Part shown: positions 32,704 through 42,916 of the stretch, in pieces | Layout of the letters: every line of letters starts with the position of its first letter | Position numbering within the stretch: position 1 is the first letter of the stretch | DNA from: Corallochytrium limacisporum Hawaii | Taxonomy: Eukaryota > Protista > Pluriformea | Direction of reading: 5' to 3' | Assembly: GCA_002811645.1 (NCBI GenBank) | Contig: PDIP01000036.1 | Coordinates: 62,001-126,000, forward strand | Length of the DNA stretch: 64,000 bases | Made by a program: the position numbers and the translations under genes | Notes under the pieces: model-generated | The model's database searches: none | The model's input: the letters and a program-made list of their open reading frames with translations, nothing else | Told to the model about the DNA's origin: nothing

Positions 32704-33207
32704 CTACTGCTTACTCTTTGGCTCTGGGTGCCTGTGCTCGAAACCATCTAATGTGTCTTTGTACATGCGACACTGCCACCACTCTGGCTGAATGATAGCT
32801 CCCATGCCCTTGTACACATCCTGCGCCTTAGTGTTCCAGTCCAGAACCTCCCATCCAAGACGGAGCTGGCCGCGGTTCTGTGACTCCCGGATCACCGCTT
32901 CCAGCAGCATGCGACCGATGCCCTGGCCTCTGCTGTCCGGCGACACATACAAATCTTCAAGGTGAATGTATGGCCCTTGCCAAGTTGAATACCTCTCAAA
33001 ATATAGGGCCATGCCGATCACTGATCCGGCGCCGTTTTCGGCAATGAAGAGCTGGAATCGTCCGTCATTGTAGTGTTTCTTCATGTCTTCAAGCGTTACC
33101 GCAACTGCGTCCGGCTGTTTTTCAAATTCAGCCAACTCTTTGACCAATCTGAGCACGTCGGGCAAGTCATTGGCATCGCCTACCCTTACCGCCGGAGCCG
33201 CTGTCAT
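32704..33207 (-). CDS. GNAT acetyltransferase, spermidine/spermine N1-acetyltransferase (SSAT/SAT2)-like
   Basis: LVKELAEFEK, YSTWQG, HLEDLYVSPDSRGQGIG, WEVLDWN. Start taken at MTAAP (33207); an upstream in-frame ATG at 33270 is possible. Confidence 0.88.
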   Translation of the reverse strand: MTAAPAVRVGDANDLPDVLRLVKELAEFEKQPDAVAVTLEDMKKHYNDGRFQLFIAENGAGSVIGMALYFERYSTWQGPYIHLEDLYVSPDSRGQGIGRMLLEAVIRESQNRGQLRLGWEVLDWNTKAQDVYKGMGAIIQPEWWQCRMYKDTLDGFEHRHPEPKSKQ

Positions 33208-33705
33208 GTTCACACGTTCTTGGTTATGCTCCTCGTCTTCACTGTTGGACCACGGACCAAAGAAAGACATCTGCAATCACGTGTCTGTTTTGTGCCAATG
33301 CTAAATACCTTAAAATCTACTTTCGGGTTGATACTTTTCACGCATTGTGCTGCCAGGACAAACGTGCACTTGGTGCGCAACCTTCGGGGTCCCAATGCGC
33401 AGTCGCTTGGCCCCCGAAGGGCTTTATGGCCCTCTCCCCCCGCCCCCACATAGCCAAGGGCGGTGGGCAAGGAGGGCCCACACACCATTTGATGTTGGTT
33501 ATGGAGGGGACCCAAACAGTTAACGTCTCACGGGAGCGCAACCCTCACTTAATATGTATGAAAATCGGACACGCGCTGATTTTCCGGTCGGCAGCAGTGG
33601 GGAGAGGTGCTGACTACCCCACATAGCACAGGACGCAAGTCGACGGTTTCGGTGGTCCAGAAACATTTAGTGTGGCTTTTTAGTGATGGTCGGATACTAG
33701 TTAGT

Positions 33706-34992
33706 TTACAAGTTGAAGATCTTGGCGTTGATGACGTACGGAAAGTCAAAGTTGGTCATCTCGCCAGCCACGAGGCCTGGGCAAGGTAATACTCGGCAGC
33801 TGAGCGGTTTATCCAGCCGATGCGCCATTGCGGCCATGTCCAAAAAGAGTCTTGCGAGGCGCTCCGGGGGCACATCACCGCTCACAGGCACCGTGTCCAG
33901 GCCGATACCGCACACAGAACTGAGCATAAGTAGACTGCTAATGGTGACATGACCTCCGTTACCCGCTTCGGCGATTCCGGTGTCCTCCAGCACTGGAAGC
34001 ATCAGGCCGCTATAGCCTGTCAGGCGGATCCCTTGATCTACTAGATCCTTCAGGGCCTGCGTCGTTGCTTGCGCCAGCGCAAGCGTCCCGCTGGCACCAA
34101 AGGTAGGACCTGCCCCAGCCTTGACGAAGGCAGTGGCGATGGATTCCTCTGAATCCAGGGACGGGTTGATGCTCGCATCGCAACCCATGAAGTCAATGTC
34201 ATGCTCCTTCCCAGCCTCCACACACACCTCCTGCAGTGGCAGCAGAAACTCAGTCATGTGCTCATTCAGCAGCTTTGAGTACTGGCTCGGCTGGAAGTCA
34301 CCGGATGGTACCAACTTCTGCAACTTGTTAGTAACCAGATGCAGGACCCTCGAGTTCTCCAGACCGATGGCAAAGCCACAATTCGGGTGATCTCCATTCA
34401 TCTCCAGCCCACCATCTTTCGCGCTGCCGGCGTGCGAAACGGGGAAAAATGGACAAAAAGGTTGAACATTTGCTGAAACTGTCACGTGGAAACATCCCAA
34501 TCCGTCGCCAGACTCACGTGCGACCTTCAAGACACTCTCAGCCGCAGCATAAGCAAGACGATACGCATCACTGTTGCCGACATCTTCTTCCCGAGTCTCC
34601 GATGTGATGGGAGCTGGGACAGCCGGAGGAGGCAGTGCAACAGACATAGCCACAGGTCCCACTGCCTCCGCAATGCCTGGGATGGCCTCTGTTTCTTTAA
34701 CCGTTGAAACCGGACCGATGCTGAAAAAGTTGATGCCCGCATTCTCTGCAGTTTCCTTTACTTTTCCGATGGTGGCGATAGCATTGTCGGCAGTCCACTC
34801 GGTCCATGAATTGGTTGCAATGCGTTTGGTCTGAATAATGTAACCGGCTTCCTCGAGCCGGTTGCAAACACCTCTTAATTTATTACACGTTGCTCTCACA
34901 ACAGGACAATGCACAGAATCACCATCATCCCCTATTCCTGAATGGGATGGCTTTGGCAATGTAACGAACGCGGTCACAGTGCGAATTTTCAT
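33706..34992 (-). CDS. DUF711 (UPF0210) family protein
   Basis: MKIRTVTAF start, QTKRIATN, PFFPVS, DASINPS, FGASGTL, GYSGLMLPVLED, SSVCGIGLDTVPVSGD, KPLSCRVLP. Start moved to the ATG at 34992. Confidence 0.85.
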   Translation of the reverse strand: MKIRTVTAFVTLPKPSHSGIGDDGDSVHCPVVRATCNKLRGVCNRLEEAGYIIQTKRIATNSWTEWTADNAIATIGKVKETAENAGINFFSIGPVSTVKETEAIPGIAEAVGPVAMSVALPPPAVPAPITSETREEDVGNSDAYRLAYAAAESVLKVARESGDGLGCFHVTVSANVQPFCPFFPVSHAGSAKDGGLEMNGDHPNCGFAIGLENSRVLHLVTNKLQKLVPSGDFQPSQYSKLLNEHMTEFLLPLQEVCVEAGKEHDIDFMGCDASINPSLDSEESIATAFVKAGAGPTFGASGTLALAQATTQALKDLVDQGIRLTGYSGLMLPVLEDTGIAEAGNGGHVTISSLLMLSSVCGIGLDTVPVSGDVPPERLARLFLDMAAMAHRLDKPLSCRVLPCPGLVAGEMTNFDFPYVINAKIFNL

Positions 34993-35676
34993 TGCTGCAA
35001 ACTTCGCCCGCGCAAGGTTCGATTCTAAGTTTGAATGTTGATTGGACTGGTCTTGGACGTATACAATGTGAATGGAAAACAGTCCGAGGTCTTGCAAATA
35101 CCCTCAAAAGCGTGCCCGTCCCAACGAAGGGGTCACAGGTCGTACGCACAAACTCCCACATAGTATCCAGTTGCCAGGAGGAGGATGAAGGCCGTTCCGA
35201 CCAACACGATAATAATGACAAGGCGTTGCGTACCTCACCCTATACCCGGAGAATTGGTCCGAGTTATTTCATTATGGGCAGGGTTCCCCACATCTATGTA
35301 TCAATATTTTATAGATCAATAAAATATTGATCCTCTGAGGTGGGGGGAGGGCGTCAGATATCAGAAATCCAGACCATAGAAATTCTATAGTGAGACCAGA
35401 GGTGCGGCAAAAGGGGAAGGGGAAGGAAAGGCGGGTTTTCTGCCCCGCAGTTTGTCGTATAGAGCGCGGCGGCAATGAATCCATCTCAAGATATTTGAGC
35501 ATCAATGCCCATGTACGTAGCGCAGGGCAAGATGCATGGGCGCCGCTGTAACCACTCACAACCATATGTATAAGAGAGCAGTGCTTCTCCCATAATAGGA
35601 AGATTTTACCGGATTCTGACCGTCTGTAGGACACAATTTGGGGAATGTAGGTGGACGGAAACCATTTGCACTGAGT

Positions 35677-36807
35677 ATGTCCGGAACGACATTCGCCACA
35701 CAGCGGCGGGCTGGCCCGGCCCGTAGATCGGGTAGACAATCGGCAGTGAAATGCAAACCTGCAAGGGGAGCTCCAGTCAAGATCCGCGAAGAGAAACGAA
35801 TGGGTAAGGTTGCTGGCATTGCGAAAAATTATGATGCAGAGCTCGCTACACTGCGGGACCGCAACCGCAGCCTGATCACTTCTCTCAACAGCTCGTTGGA
35901 TCAGAGCTTTACGCACATTGAGAACATCCAAGCAACGCAGCCATATTACTCGTTCACCCAGTCACCTGCTAGAAAGAACCTGCAGGCCTTCGACATTCAA
36001 GACGTATCCAAGTCGAGCGGACGGAGGCGGGCTCACTTGCTCGAGAAAGAAGAACCTCTTCCGCCAAACGTCCCGCAAATGGCAGATGTTGAGTCATCGG
36101 TTGATAGAATGGGAGCACAGCTGGCGTCCAGTCGAATTGCTGAGCTTCCGGAATCTTATTTTGACAAATTGAGGAGCTTCCGGGATGATTATGCGCGGGA
36201 ATGTCTGGCAGATCTCAACCGACCGTCAAGGAAGGTGCCAGATTACAAGGATGCCATTGCCAAGAATGAGGTGGGATACCGTCTTGGCCGTCTCGAGGCC
36301 CAGGACACTGATGAATCACTGTTGACACAACGAGCAGCATACTTTCTCGACGACCGGGGATTCCCGCAGCCGCAGGTCGGATCGAACGTCGAGGGGTACG
36401 TGCCTCGGCAGCGCCATGCTGGAAACTTATTCACAGAGCAGGAGCTCGCCATCATCAGGGATGCAACCAACAGCAGCGAAGGCTATATTCGCGTCAGCGT
36501 GCCGGTCAATAAAGCTGAAGATGAACTGCTCGAGCAGGCAATGAAACGCAATGAGAAGCCATTCAATCCGGCAGCAAGCATGGGCTTGGAAAGTCACATG
36601 CACGGTAGTGCCAAAATTGTACCGATGAAGATTCGACCGGCGAAGAACCGGCCCATTGGTCTCAACCCGATCCTACACGAGAATCTCCCACTTTACGGCT
36701 CCGATAGCAATGAAACAAAACGTTTACTGGACTATAACTATTCTCATGACGCCGGCCTGCAGCGCCTGAGGCAAGACTATCAGCACCGTAGCCAGCCGCG
36801 CAGCTGA
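35677..36807 (+). CDS. Uncharacterised protein (~376 aa)
   Basis: Long ORF filling the space between two convergent/divergent neighbours, with protein-like composition and a predicted coiled coil near the N-terminus. First ATG at 35677. No recognised domain. Confidence 0.7.
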   Translation: MSGTTFATQRRAGPARRSGRQSAVKCKPARGAPVKIREEKRMGKVAGIAKNYDAELATLRDRNRSLITSLNSSLDQSFTHIENIQATQPYYSFTQSPARKNLQAFDIQDVSKSSGRRRAHLLEKEEPLPPNVPQMADVESSVDRMGAQLASSRIAELPESYFDKLRSFRDDYARECLADLNRPSRKVPDYKDAIAKNEVGYRLGRLEAQDTDESLLTQRAAYFLDDRGFPQPQVGSNVEGYVPRQRHAGNLFTEQELAIIRDATNSSEGYIRVSVPVNKAEDELLEQAMKRNEKPFNPAASMGLESHMHGSAKIVPMKIRPAKNRPIGLNPILHENLPLYGSDSNETKRLLDYNYSHDAGLQRLRQDYQHRSQPRS

Positions 36808-36876
36808 TGCGCTCGCAGACATATTGAAAGAAATCGAAGTTTTGAAATAGAATCATGCCCGTTCAGGCACAAATAC

Positions 36877-39800
36877 CTAAGTACCACTCTTTGCAGAACC
36901 ACTGGACAAGCTTGCCCGCAACTTCTCTTGCAGTCGCAATGGTGACTTGATCCTCTTCTCCTTGCGCGCATTCGATTCCTTCGGGCTCAATCGGTCAGCA
37001 TAACTGGCAGTTTCGGAATCATCATCTGCGCTACCTGTTCCATTCATGCTGCTACCGATACTGCCAGTCGAGTTCCGGTCCTTGGAGTCTTTAGTGAAAG
37101 TACTCCTAATCTTGCCAATGCTGCGTTCCGCCCAACTGGCGGTGCGTTCCAGCGGTGTAGGCATAGGTGATCGTCCCCGTCGCTTGCGCTTGTCCTTGGG
37201 AACCATTGTGGCGTTGATGGAATGGTCCAGAGCCAAGGGTGTTGCTGTGGCATCGAACGGTGTAACAGAGGTGCCACCCACCGCCATGATGTGCGCGGCG
37301 ATCACCTGGGGATTGAATCCATACTTGACGTCGATCAATTCACCCTTCCAGGTCTTGTCATCCGTATCATCCTGATCTTTGCCGGTTATCGAGTACAATT
37401 GACTGTAGGTCATCTCTAGTTTGTCATAGTACATTCTGACATCCCGCACACTGCCGTAGGCTGCAGCAATTGTGAATCCTTCCTCCAAGATATGTTGCAG
37501 GAATGGCATTTTGCCCTTGGTCCTTGACCGAGTAAAAGTGTGGGCGAAAGACATGACGCCACATGGAAAACCGGAACGGGTCATCCACGCACTCAAGCTA
37601 TGGGTCTGCTGGCTAGGTCTGTTGGTAACGTACATGGGCAAGAATCCCTTGGCTGTCCACTGGCGAACAAAGTCCACACTACCGGCGCGCAATTTGGGAT
37701 CCTGAACTTTAATACTGCGGTCTGCGATGAAGCATTTGTCTATACTAAAGGCGACAAACTGTGTCATCGGCTCGAGGCAGAACAAGCGTCCCTCTGCCAT
37801 TGACTGGTCCACTGACACAATAGCGCGCACGTAGTATAATCCCGGTGCCACTCTCTGATCATCGTCTAGTTCAATGTCAACAGTACCGTCGCTGTTTGTG
37901 ATAAATCGACCAATGTGTGTCCACTGGTTACTTGTGGGCCGCGGAAGTGACTTGTTCGAGTCCGCAGTTGTTCTCAACATGTTCTCTGCGGCCACCATCT
38001 GAACCGAAGGTACAGTCATGGACACCACGCTACTAATATACACGTCAACGTACTCCTTGCTGAGGGAGCTATCCAGAGTGGAGTACCCGAAGCGAGCCCT
38101 GATGAATTGTGGTCCGTCGGGACGGCAAACTTCATCATAGATTCGATGCACAGCACCATACCTGGAAATAACCGAACTAGTTCTGGCGTTCCATTTGGCG
38201 TCCGCAGGCCCTTCCAATAATGCTGAAGACTCTACGCTAGACAAGCGGCGCCTAAAGTCATCATTATTCGGTGCGGGGAGATCGAGAATCTGGGCAGCTA
38301 TGAAGCGGGCCAGCTCATGACTCTCATAGTACATGCCCTGGATCAACTGCACCTTCGTCGCATTCAGATGGATCATAATCTCTTCGCTTGGGCAATCCAA
38401 GAAGAAGTCTACCCGAGGTAGGCCCCAAACAGGGCGCAGATCTCCTCTAGTATCTTGCAAAGCTTGAAGATCTCCCAGGGACCCGTCAATCGAAGAAGCA
38501 GGCGACTCATCGCCTTGGCCATAGTCCGAGGCGGGTGTCGCTTGTAGGTCATCGTCCGCCATTTGGGAGCCCTGCCCGGTTAAGTAGTACGTTGCAGGAA
38601 TGACGTTGCCCAACAGGAACTGGTTGATGCTGACCGCGGGCGTGTGGGCGTAGGCGATATCAATGGCGGGCTCTAGACGACAGGCTGAGAAGTCCATACG
38701 CATGGCAATATTGTAAAAGTATGTGCATCTGGGCTTCATCCAGTTGTCTGGCATTTTCAGTGTAGGATCATCTGTTTTCATAAGCTTCTCCTTCTCGAGC
38801 AACGTACCGATAGAGTTACCCATGGCGAAGAATGATTCCACCTCGAACGAATCATCGGTCAACGCGTCGAAAATAACGGTCGCAACGAGTCCGTAGGCAA
38901 CGATGTGAATCTTATCAAGGACCCCACTAAGCTCGTCCACTTTTTCCCTCACACACTCATCGACGTGGCTTCTCAGTTTGGTGTACAGTGGGCTTCCGTG
39001 TATGAACAGAAGTCGTGAATGGTTGTCAAAGTGTCCACTGTGACCAGTTCCCATCGCGCGAAGCCTCCCCGTCCACTGGCGCCAAATGCTTGGGACGGAA
39101 ATGGGAACTTCATGAATTGTGACCAAATCAGCTGCCGCCTTGCGGCCTGATTTGAAGATAGAGTGCGTAAAGTTGCGACGGAAGGTCGCGCCTGGGAAGG
39201 GCGGTTCCGCTTCCCGTGCATAAAAGAGCAAGACATGATGGTGTGGCTCCTCCTTATCACTCACTTCCCTACCCAGTCCACTAGATTTACGTCTGTTGGT
39301 GCTGCTGATTTGCTCCAAGGCGTCAAAGAATTCTTCGTCCTCATCTTCGCTGTACTCATCTTCTTCAACTTTCTTGGTGACCTCAGCCATGGTATCTACG
39401 ATACTGGCATTTGATCGACCACTACTGCCAAACTGTGCTGTTTGTACGCCCAGCCTACCTTGCTGTGACTTGTCAAGTCTTTCATCCTGCTCTGCGTCAT
39501 GCATCTTTTGGTTCAGGATCCCTTGGCATTTCTTTTCATACTCACGAACCTGTGCCATGTCCATATGAGCCCATTGGTCGGACCAGATCCACAACTCCTG
39601 GTGGAATGTTGACAGGGTTGGCCTGAGACCTCGGTCGTGGATAAACTTCTCGCTGCTGCCCTGGAGGCCAAAATATTTGAACTCCACTTTGCACAGCTTA
39701 TAAATGACCATGTGGGGTGTGTTCTTCTTCTTCCACCACTCCTGTTCGAGAGGTCCCCGCTTGAAAGCATCACTATGGTACTGTGAAACCGGTACATCCA

Positions 39801-40266
39801 CAAGCTTGCTTTTGATGCAGGGATCGAGGATATCAAGCCACTCCACCTGTCTAGACTTAAAATCCTTTCCAGACAGTTCAAAAACATTTTCCTGGATATC
39901 ATCCGGAGCTTCCTCGCGGAAGATAGTCTCTACAACCAATGAGAAGTTTGACAGCAAGGGGCTGGTGAAAGTTGTCTTTGTATATGGGAATGCATTCCAT
40001 CCTTCTTCGTAGGCAACCAGTTTCTCAGCGCCTCCGAAAACACCGCGAGCCCAGCGCGGCACATGTTCCGTCAGATGAAAGCATTTCAAGGTGTACTGCC
40101 CCTTACCACCAGGTCCGTCTCCGTACGGTTCATTTTTCATGATCTCGACTCCACTGCCTTCTCCCTTGCTCTCCTTCACAGTCTTTGTTGCAATGGTGTA
40201 CAGCTGCCCGACCCGGTATTCCTCCAGTGTCAGCGGGAGCCGACACCGGTATTCCTTGATCAGCAT
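36877..40266 (-). CDS. PITPNM: Membrane-associated phosphatidylinositol transfer protein (RdgB-alpha/Nir2/PITPNM): PITP, FFAT, DDHD and LNS2 domains
   Basis: MLIKEYR..LPLTLEEYRVGQLY, GQYTLK, EEGWNAFPYTKT, FFAT motif EEFFDALE, DDHD-like RLEP and RVDFFL, LNS2 FSID..DPKLRAGSVD and AAYGSVRD. Confidence 0.93.
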   Translation of the reverse strand: MLIKEYRCRLPLTLEEYRVGQLYTIATKTVKESKGEGSGVEIMKNEPYGDGPGGKGQYTLKCFHLTEHVPRWARGVFGGAEKLVAYEEGWNAFPYTKTTFTSPLLSNFSLVVETIFREEAPDDIQENVFELSGKDFKSRQVEWLDILDPCIKSKLVDVPVSQYHSDAFKRGPLEQEWWKKKNTPHMVIYKLCKVEFKYFGLQGSSEKFIHDRGLRPTLSTFHQELWIWSDQWAHMDMAQVREYEKKCQGILNQKMHDAEQDERLDKSQQGRLGVQTAQFGSSGRSNASIVDTMAEVTKKVEEDEYSEDEDEEFFDALEQISSTNRRKSSGLGREVSDKEEPHHHVLLFYAREAEPPFPGATFRRNFTHSIFKSGRKAAADLVTIHEVPISVPSIWRQWTGRLRAMGTGHSGHFDNHSRLLFIHGSPLYTKLRSHVDECVREKVDELSGVLDKIHIVAYGLVATVIFDALTDDSFEVESFFAMGNSIGTLLEKEKLMKTDDPTLKMPDNWMKPRCTYFYNIAMRMDFSACRLEPAIDIAYAHTPAVSINQFLLGNVIPATYYLTGQGSQMADDDLQATPASDYGQGDESPASSIDGSLGDLQALQDTRGDLRPVWGLPRVDFFLDCPSEEIMIHLNATKVQLIQGMYYESHELARFIAAQILDLPAPNNDDFRRRLSSVESSALLEGPADAKWNARTSSVISRYGAVHRIYDEVCRPDGPQFIRARFGYSTLDSSLSKEYVDVYISSVVSMTVPSVQMVAAENMLRTTADSNKSLPRPTSNQWTHIGRFITNSDGTVDIELDDDQRVAPGLYYVRAIVSVDQSMAEGRLFCLEPMTQFVAFSIDKCFIADRSIKVQDPKLRAGSVDFVRQWTAKGFLPMYVTNRPSQQTHSLSAWMTRSGFPCGVMSFAHTFTRSRTKGKMPFLQHILEEGFTIAAAYGSVRDVRMYYDKLEMTYSQLYSITGKDQDDTDDKTWKGELIDVKYGFNPQVIAAHIMAVGGTSVTPFDATATPLALDHSINATMVPKDKRKRRGRSPMPTPLERTASWAERSIGKIRSTFTKDSKDRNSTGSIGSSMNGTGSADDDSETASYADRLSPKESNARKEKRIKSPLRLQEKLRASLSSGSAKSGT

Positions 40267-40680
40267 GGTGGGTTCTTACTTCGGTGCTACGTATGCAATG
40301 ACCTTTCTCTCACTCGGGTGTCATAGGCCAATACGTCCTGGAAGCACTTCTTCTCCACTCACACCCCACACATTGCGGATGGAAAACTAGATGGTACATC
40401 ACCTCCTCCTATCACTTGCACATGGAACGTACTCGCAGTCCTCACATGCACCTGCCTGATGTCTCAAAGCCAACTTGCATACCTTGCGCAGCGAACCCAA
40501 CCAGCTCAACCCAGAGCACCCACACACGGAGAGCAAGGATGGTCCGCCGCCCTCCGATCCCCACAGAGGCAGATAGCAAGTGCACACAAGGCACCGCTCC
40601 CCGGGGGCGGGGGGGGGGCGGGTTGTGGACCCCTCCTCTCCAACCACACCACTCGCTCTAAACCCGGGACCCCACCCCCT

Positions 40681-40713
40681 GCCAAAACCCTTGCTTGGCT
40701 CCCGTCCCGCTTA

Positions 40714-40748
<35 letters not shown>

Positions 40749-40968
40749 GCTATCGCCCACGGTGTCCCCCTCCCCCCCCTCTTTCCTTCAGCNNNNNNNN
40801 NNNNNNNNNNNNNNNNNNNNNNNNNNNNNNNNNNNNNNNNNNNNNNNNNNNNNNNNNNNNNNNNNNNNNNNNGCCAAAACCCTTGCTTGGCTCCCGTCCC
40901 GCTTAACCTCTCTCTCTCTCTCTCTCTCTCTCTTTGGCTATCGCCCACGGTGTCCCCCTCCCCCCCCT
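40681..40968 (+). repeat. ~95-bp direct duplication containing (CT)n, flanking an 80-N gap (40793-40872)
   Basis: GCCAAAACCCTTGCTTGGCTCCCGTCCCGCTTAAC(CT)nTTTGGCTATCGCCCACGGTGTCCCCC starts at both 40681 and 40873. Probably an unmerged contig overlap. Confidence 0.85.
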
Positions 40969-41851
40969 CCCCCGGTCCTTTTTTATGCTCTTCCGCATTT
41001 GTCTCTCTGTTGTTCGTAATCGATCTCCCCTGCAGCAAAGTTTACACAAAAATAGAAAATAAAGAAGCGAGATATATACGTGATACACCTGTCCAACCTA
41101 TCAGCGAGGCTTCTGCGTTTCTGGGTCGCTCTCCTGCCGTCCCGACCGTTCTTCGGTCCCGTTCGTCCCACTCTCTCTCTCTCCCCCCCACCCAAAACCC
41201 TCCGGGCTCCCTCATTTTTACCCGGACACCGAGCAGGCAGAATCACAGCTGGCCGCCTTTCGGAAAAAGTCGGCCATTGGCCATTGGGAACGATCGGTTT
41301 GGTCTGCTGACCACCCCACCCCGACGGACCTTCCCTCCCCCCAAGTCTGTCTCTGCTTGCTTTCAGTTTCCATGTTTTGTTCACGGGACACCCCCCCCTT
41401 CTCCTCCGTCTCTTCCCCTGCGCACCCCAACTACCGCCGATCTGGACTGAGAAGATGGGACGCAGATTTAGCTGGTGGGGATAGCAGGGGAGAGAGGGGA
41501 GAGCGAGCGAAGAGGGGGGGGGGGGCATCACCACCGCACCACAGACCCAAGAACTAAAAAGAAACTAACGGCCGCGGCGGCGGTGGTGGTGGTGGTGGTG
41601 GAGATGTTCCGAGCCCCAAGTGTAGAGCACTTGGCGTGAAAGAAAATAACACCGTCCAAGAAGAAGAAAAACAAAAAAAAAAAGAGAGAAAAAGTTGGTG
41701 ATTGAGCAAGTCATACAAAATTCCTTCTTCCCGTGAGCATGGACCCATACGATGAGTATAGTCCAAGAGAGTGCAAGTGTGGCAGCCAAGCACTAAGCAG
41801 ACACGAGAAGGTAACGGTCAGGAACAAGCACTGGGGCCAAGTCACACACAC

Positions 41852-41852
<1 letters not shown>

Positions 41853-41916
<64 letters not shown>
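41853..41916 (+). repeat. (CAGA)16 microsatellite preceded by (CA)5
   Basis: Perfect tetranucleotide run. Confidence 0.95.
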
Positions 41917-42916
41917 GGGTGGCAGGGTTTTGTGTTGCGTAATAGCAGCATCATTCGTGATGGCTAGGTATGCAAAGTGAAATAATTCTCATGGATCGGG
42001 AGTCCCCCTGGAACCAATGAAGGGAAGAAGAAAAAAAATGAATCCTGCCTACCAATGATTGTCGTCTCAGCCTTTTTTTCATCACTCTTGTTTAGGGTGT
42101 ACCATCCCGGGTACTGAAACAATGACAGCACATCACTGGCCACCCGGACAGGGAACGAAAAAAGTGATGGTCCCGGCCCCTATCGGTGCCCTGGGCACGA
42201 GAGAAGTCCATGGCATTGAGCAAACATCAGCTCTGGGTGGTACACACAGTGATGATGTTGGCGACGAGAGCCATGTGTCGTATGGACGTGGCATACCGAC
42301 ATCAGCACCTGGTGGATGGATCATGGTGAACTAGACTCGATTCTTGATCTCTCTATGGTGGTCCACCATGCCTCTGGGTATCTCTCAACACGGATTCGGG
42401 ATGAGCGCGTGGATGTTGCTGTCATCAATCCTGCAGGATTCACAGCTGGGCAGCAGACAACACGGGGCGGGCTATGAGGTACAGGGACGGGAGTATGAAA
42501 GAGCATTTCGTTACGGTTGTTAAAGAGATGATCTAGCGGTGTCTTACCACACTTCACCCGTCCTTGGTGCTCATGTGTCACACTGCTTTCTTTTCGGGTC
42601 TAACGCCCATGGTTAATTAAAATTAATGATAATATTGAGGTGTTCAGTTTATATGGGCCGCACACCGCCAATTTTTTGGTCCGAGCGCTTCGTGGTCAGA
42701 GCGCTCTGGTGCACGTCGGTTCCGGCTGGCTGCTCGCAGGTTTCGGTTGCTCGGGCTCGCGGTGTCGCAAAACGGATGGGCTATTTGGCGGACGGTAAAT
42801 TTTCAAGTATAGTTCCTGTCCACTACGTATCGAAATTTATCCAAGATCTATGTATGGAATAGGAAGAATGTGAATAGAATAGGTAGGTTTACAAGGGCAA
42901 ACAAATCCCCTCATCA

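Noticed and set aside
10245-33207. SIRT1, NAA40 and SSAT as an acetylation gene cluster
   Set aside because: They are separated by unrelated housekeeping genes and belong to common families; no evidence of functional clustering.
35012-35030. GGTTCGATTC, tRNA T-loop/B-box-like
   Set aside because: The T-stem does not pair and no cloverleaf forms.
40681-40968. Direct repeat as a possible LTR or target-site duplication
   Set aside because: The copies directly flank an N gap and differ in microsatellite length, which points to an unmerged contig overlap.
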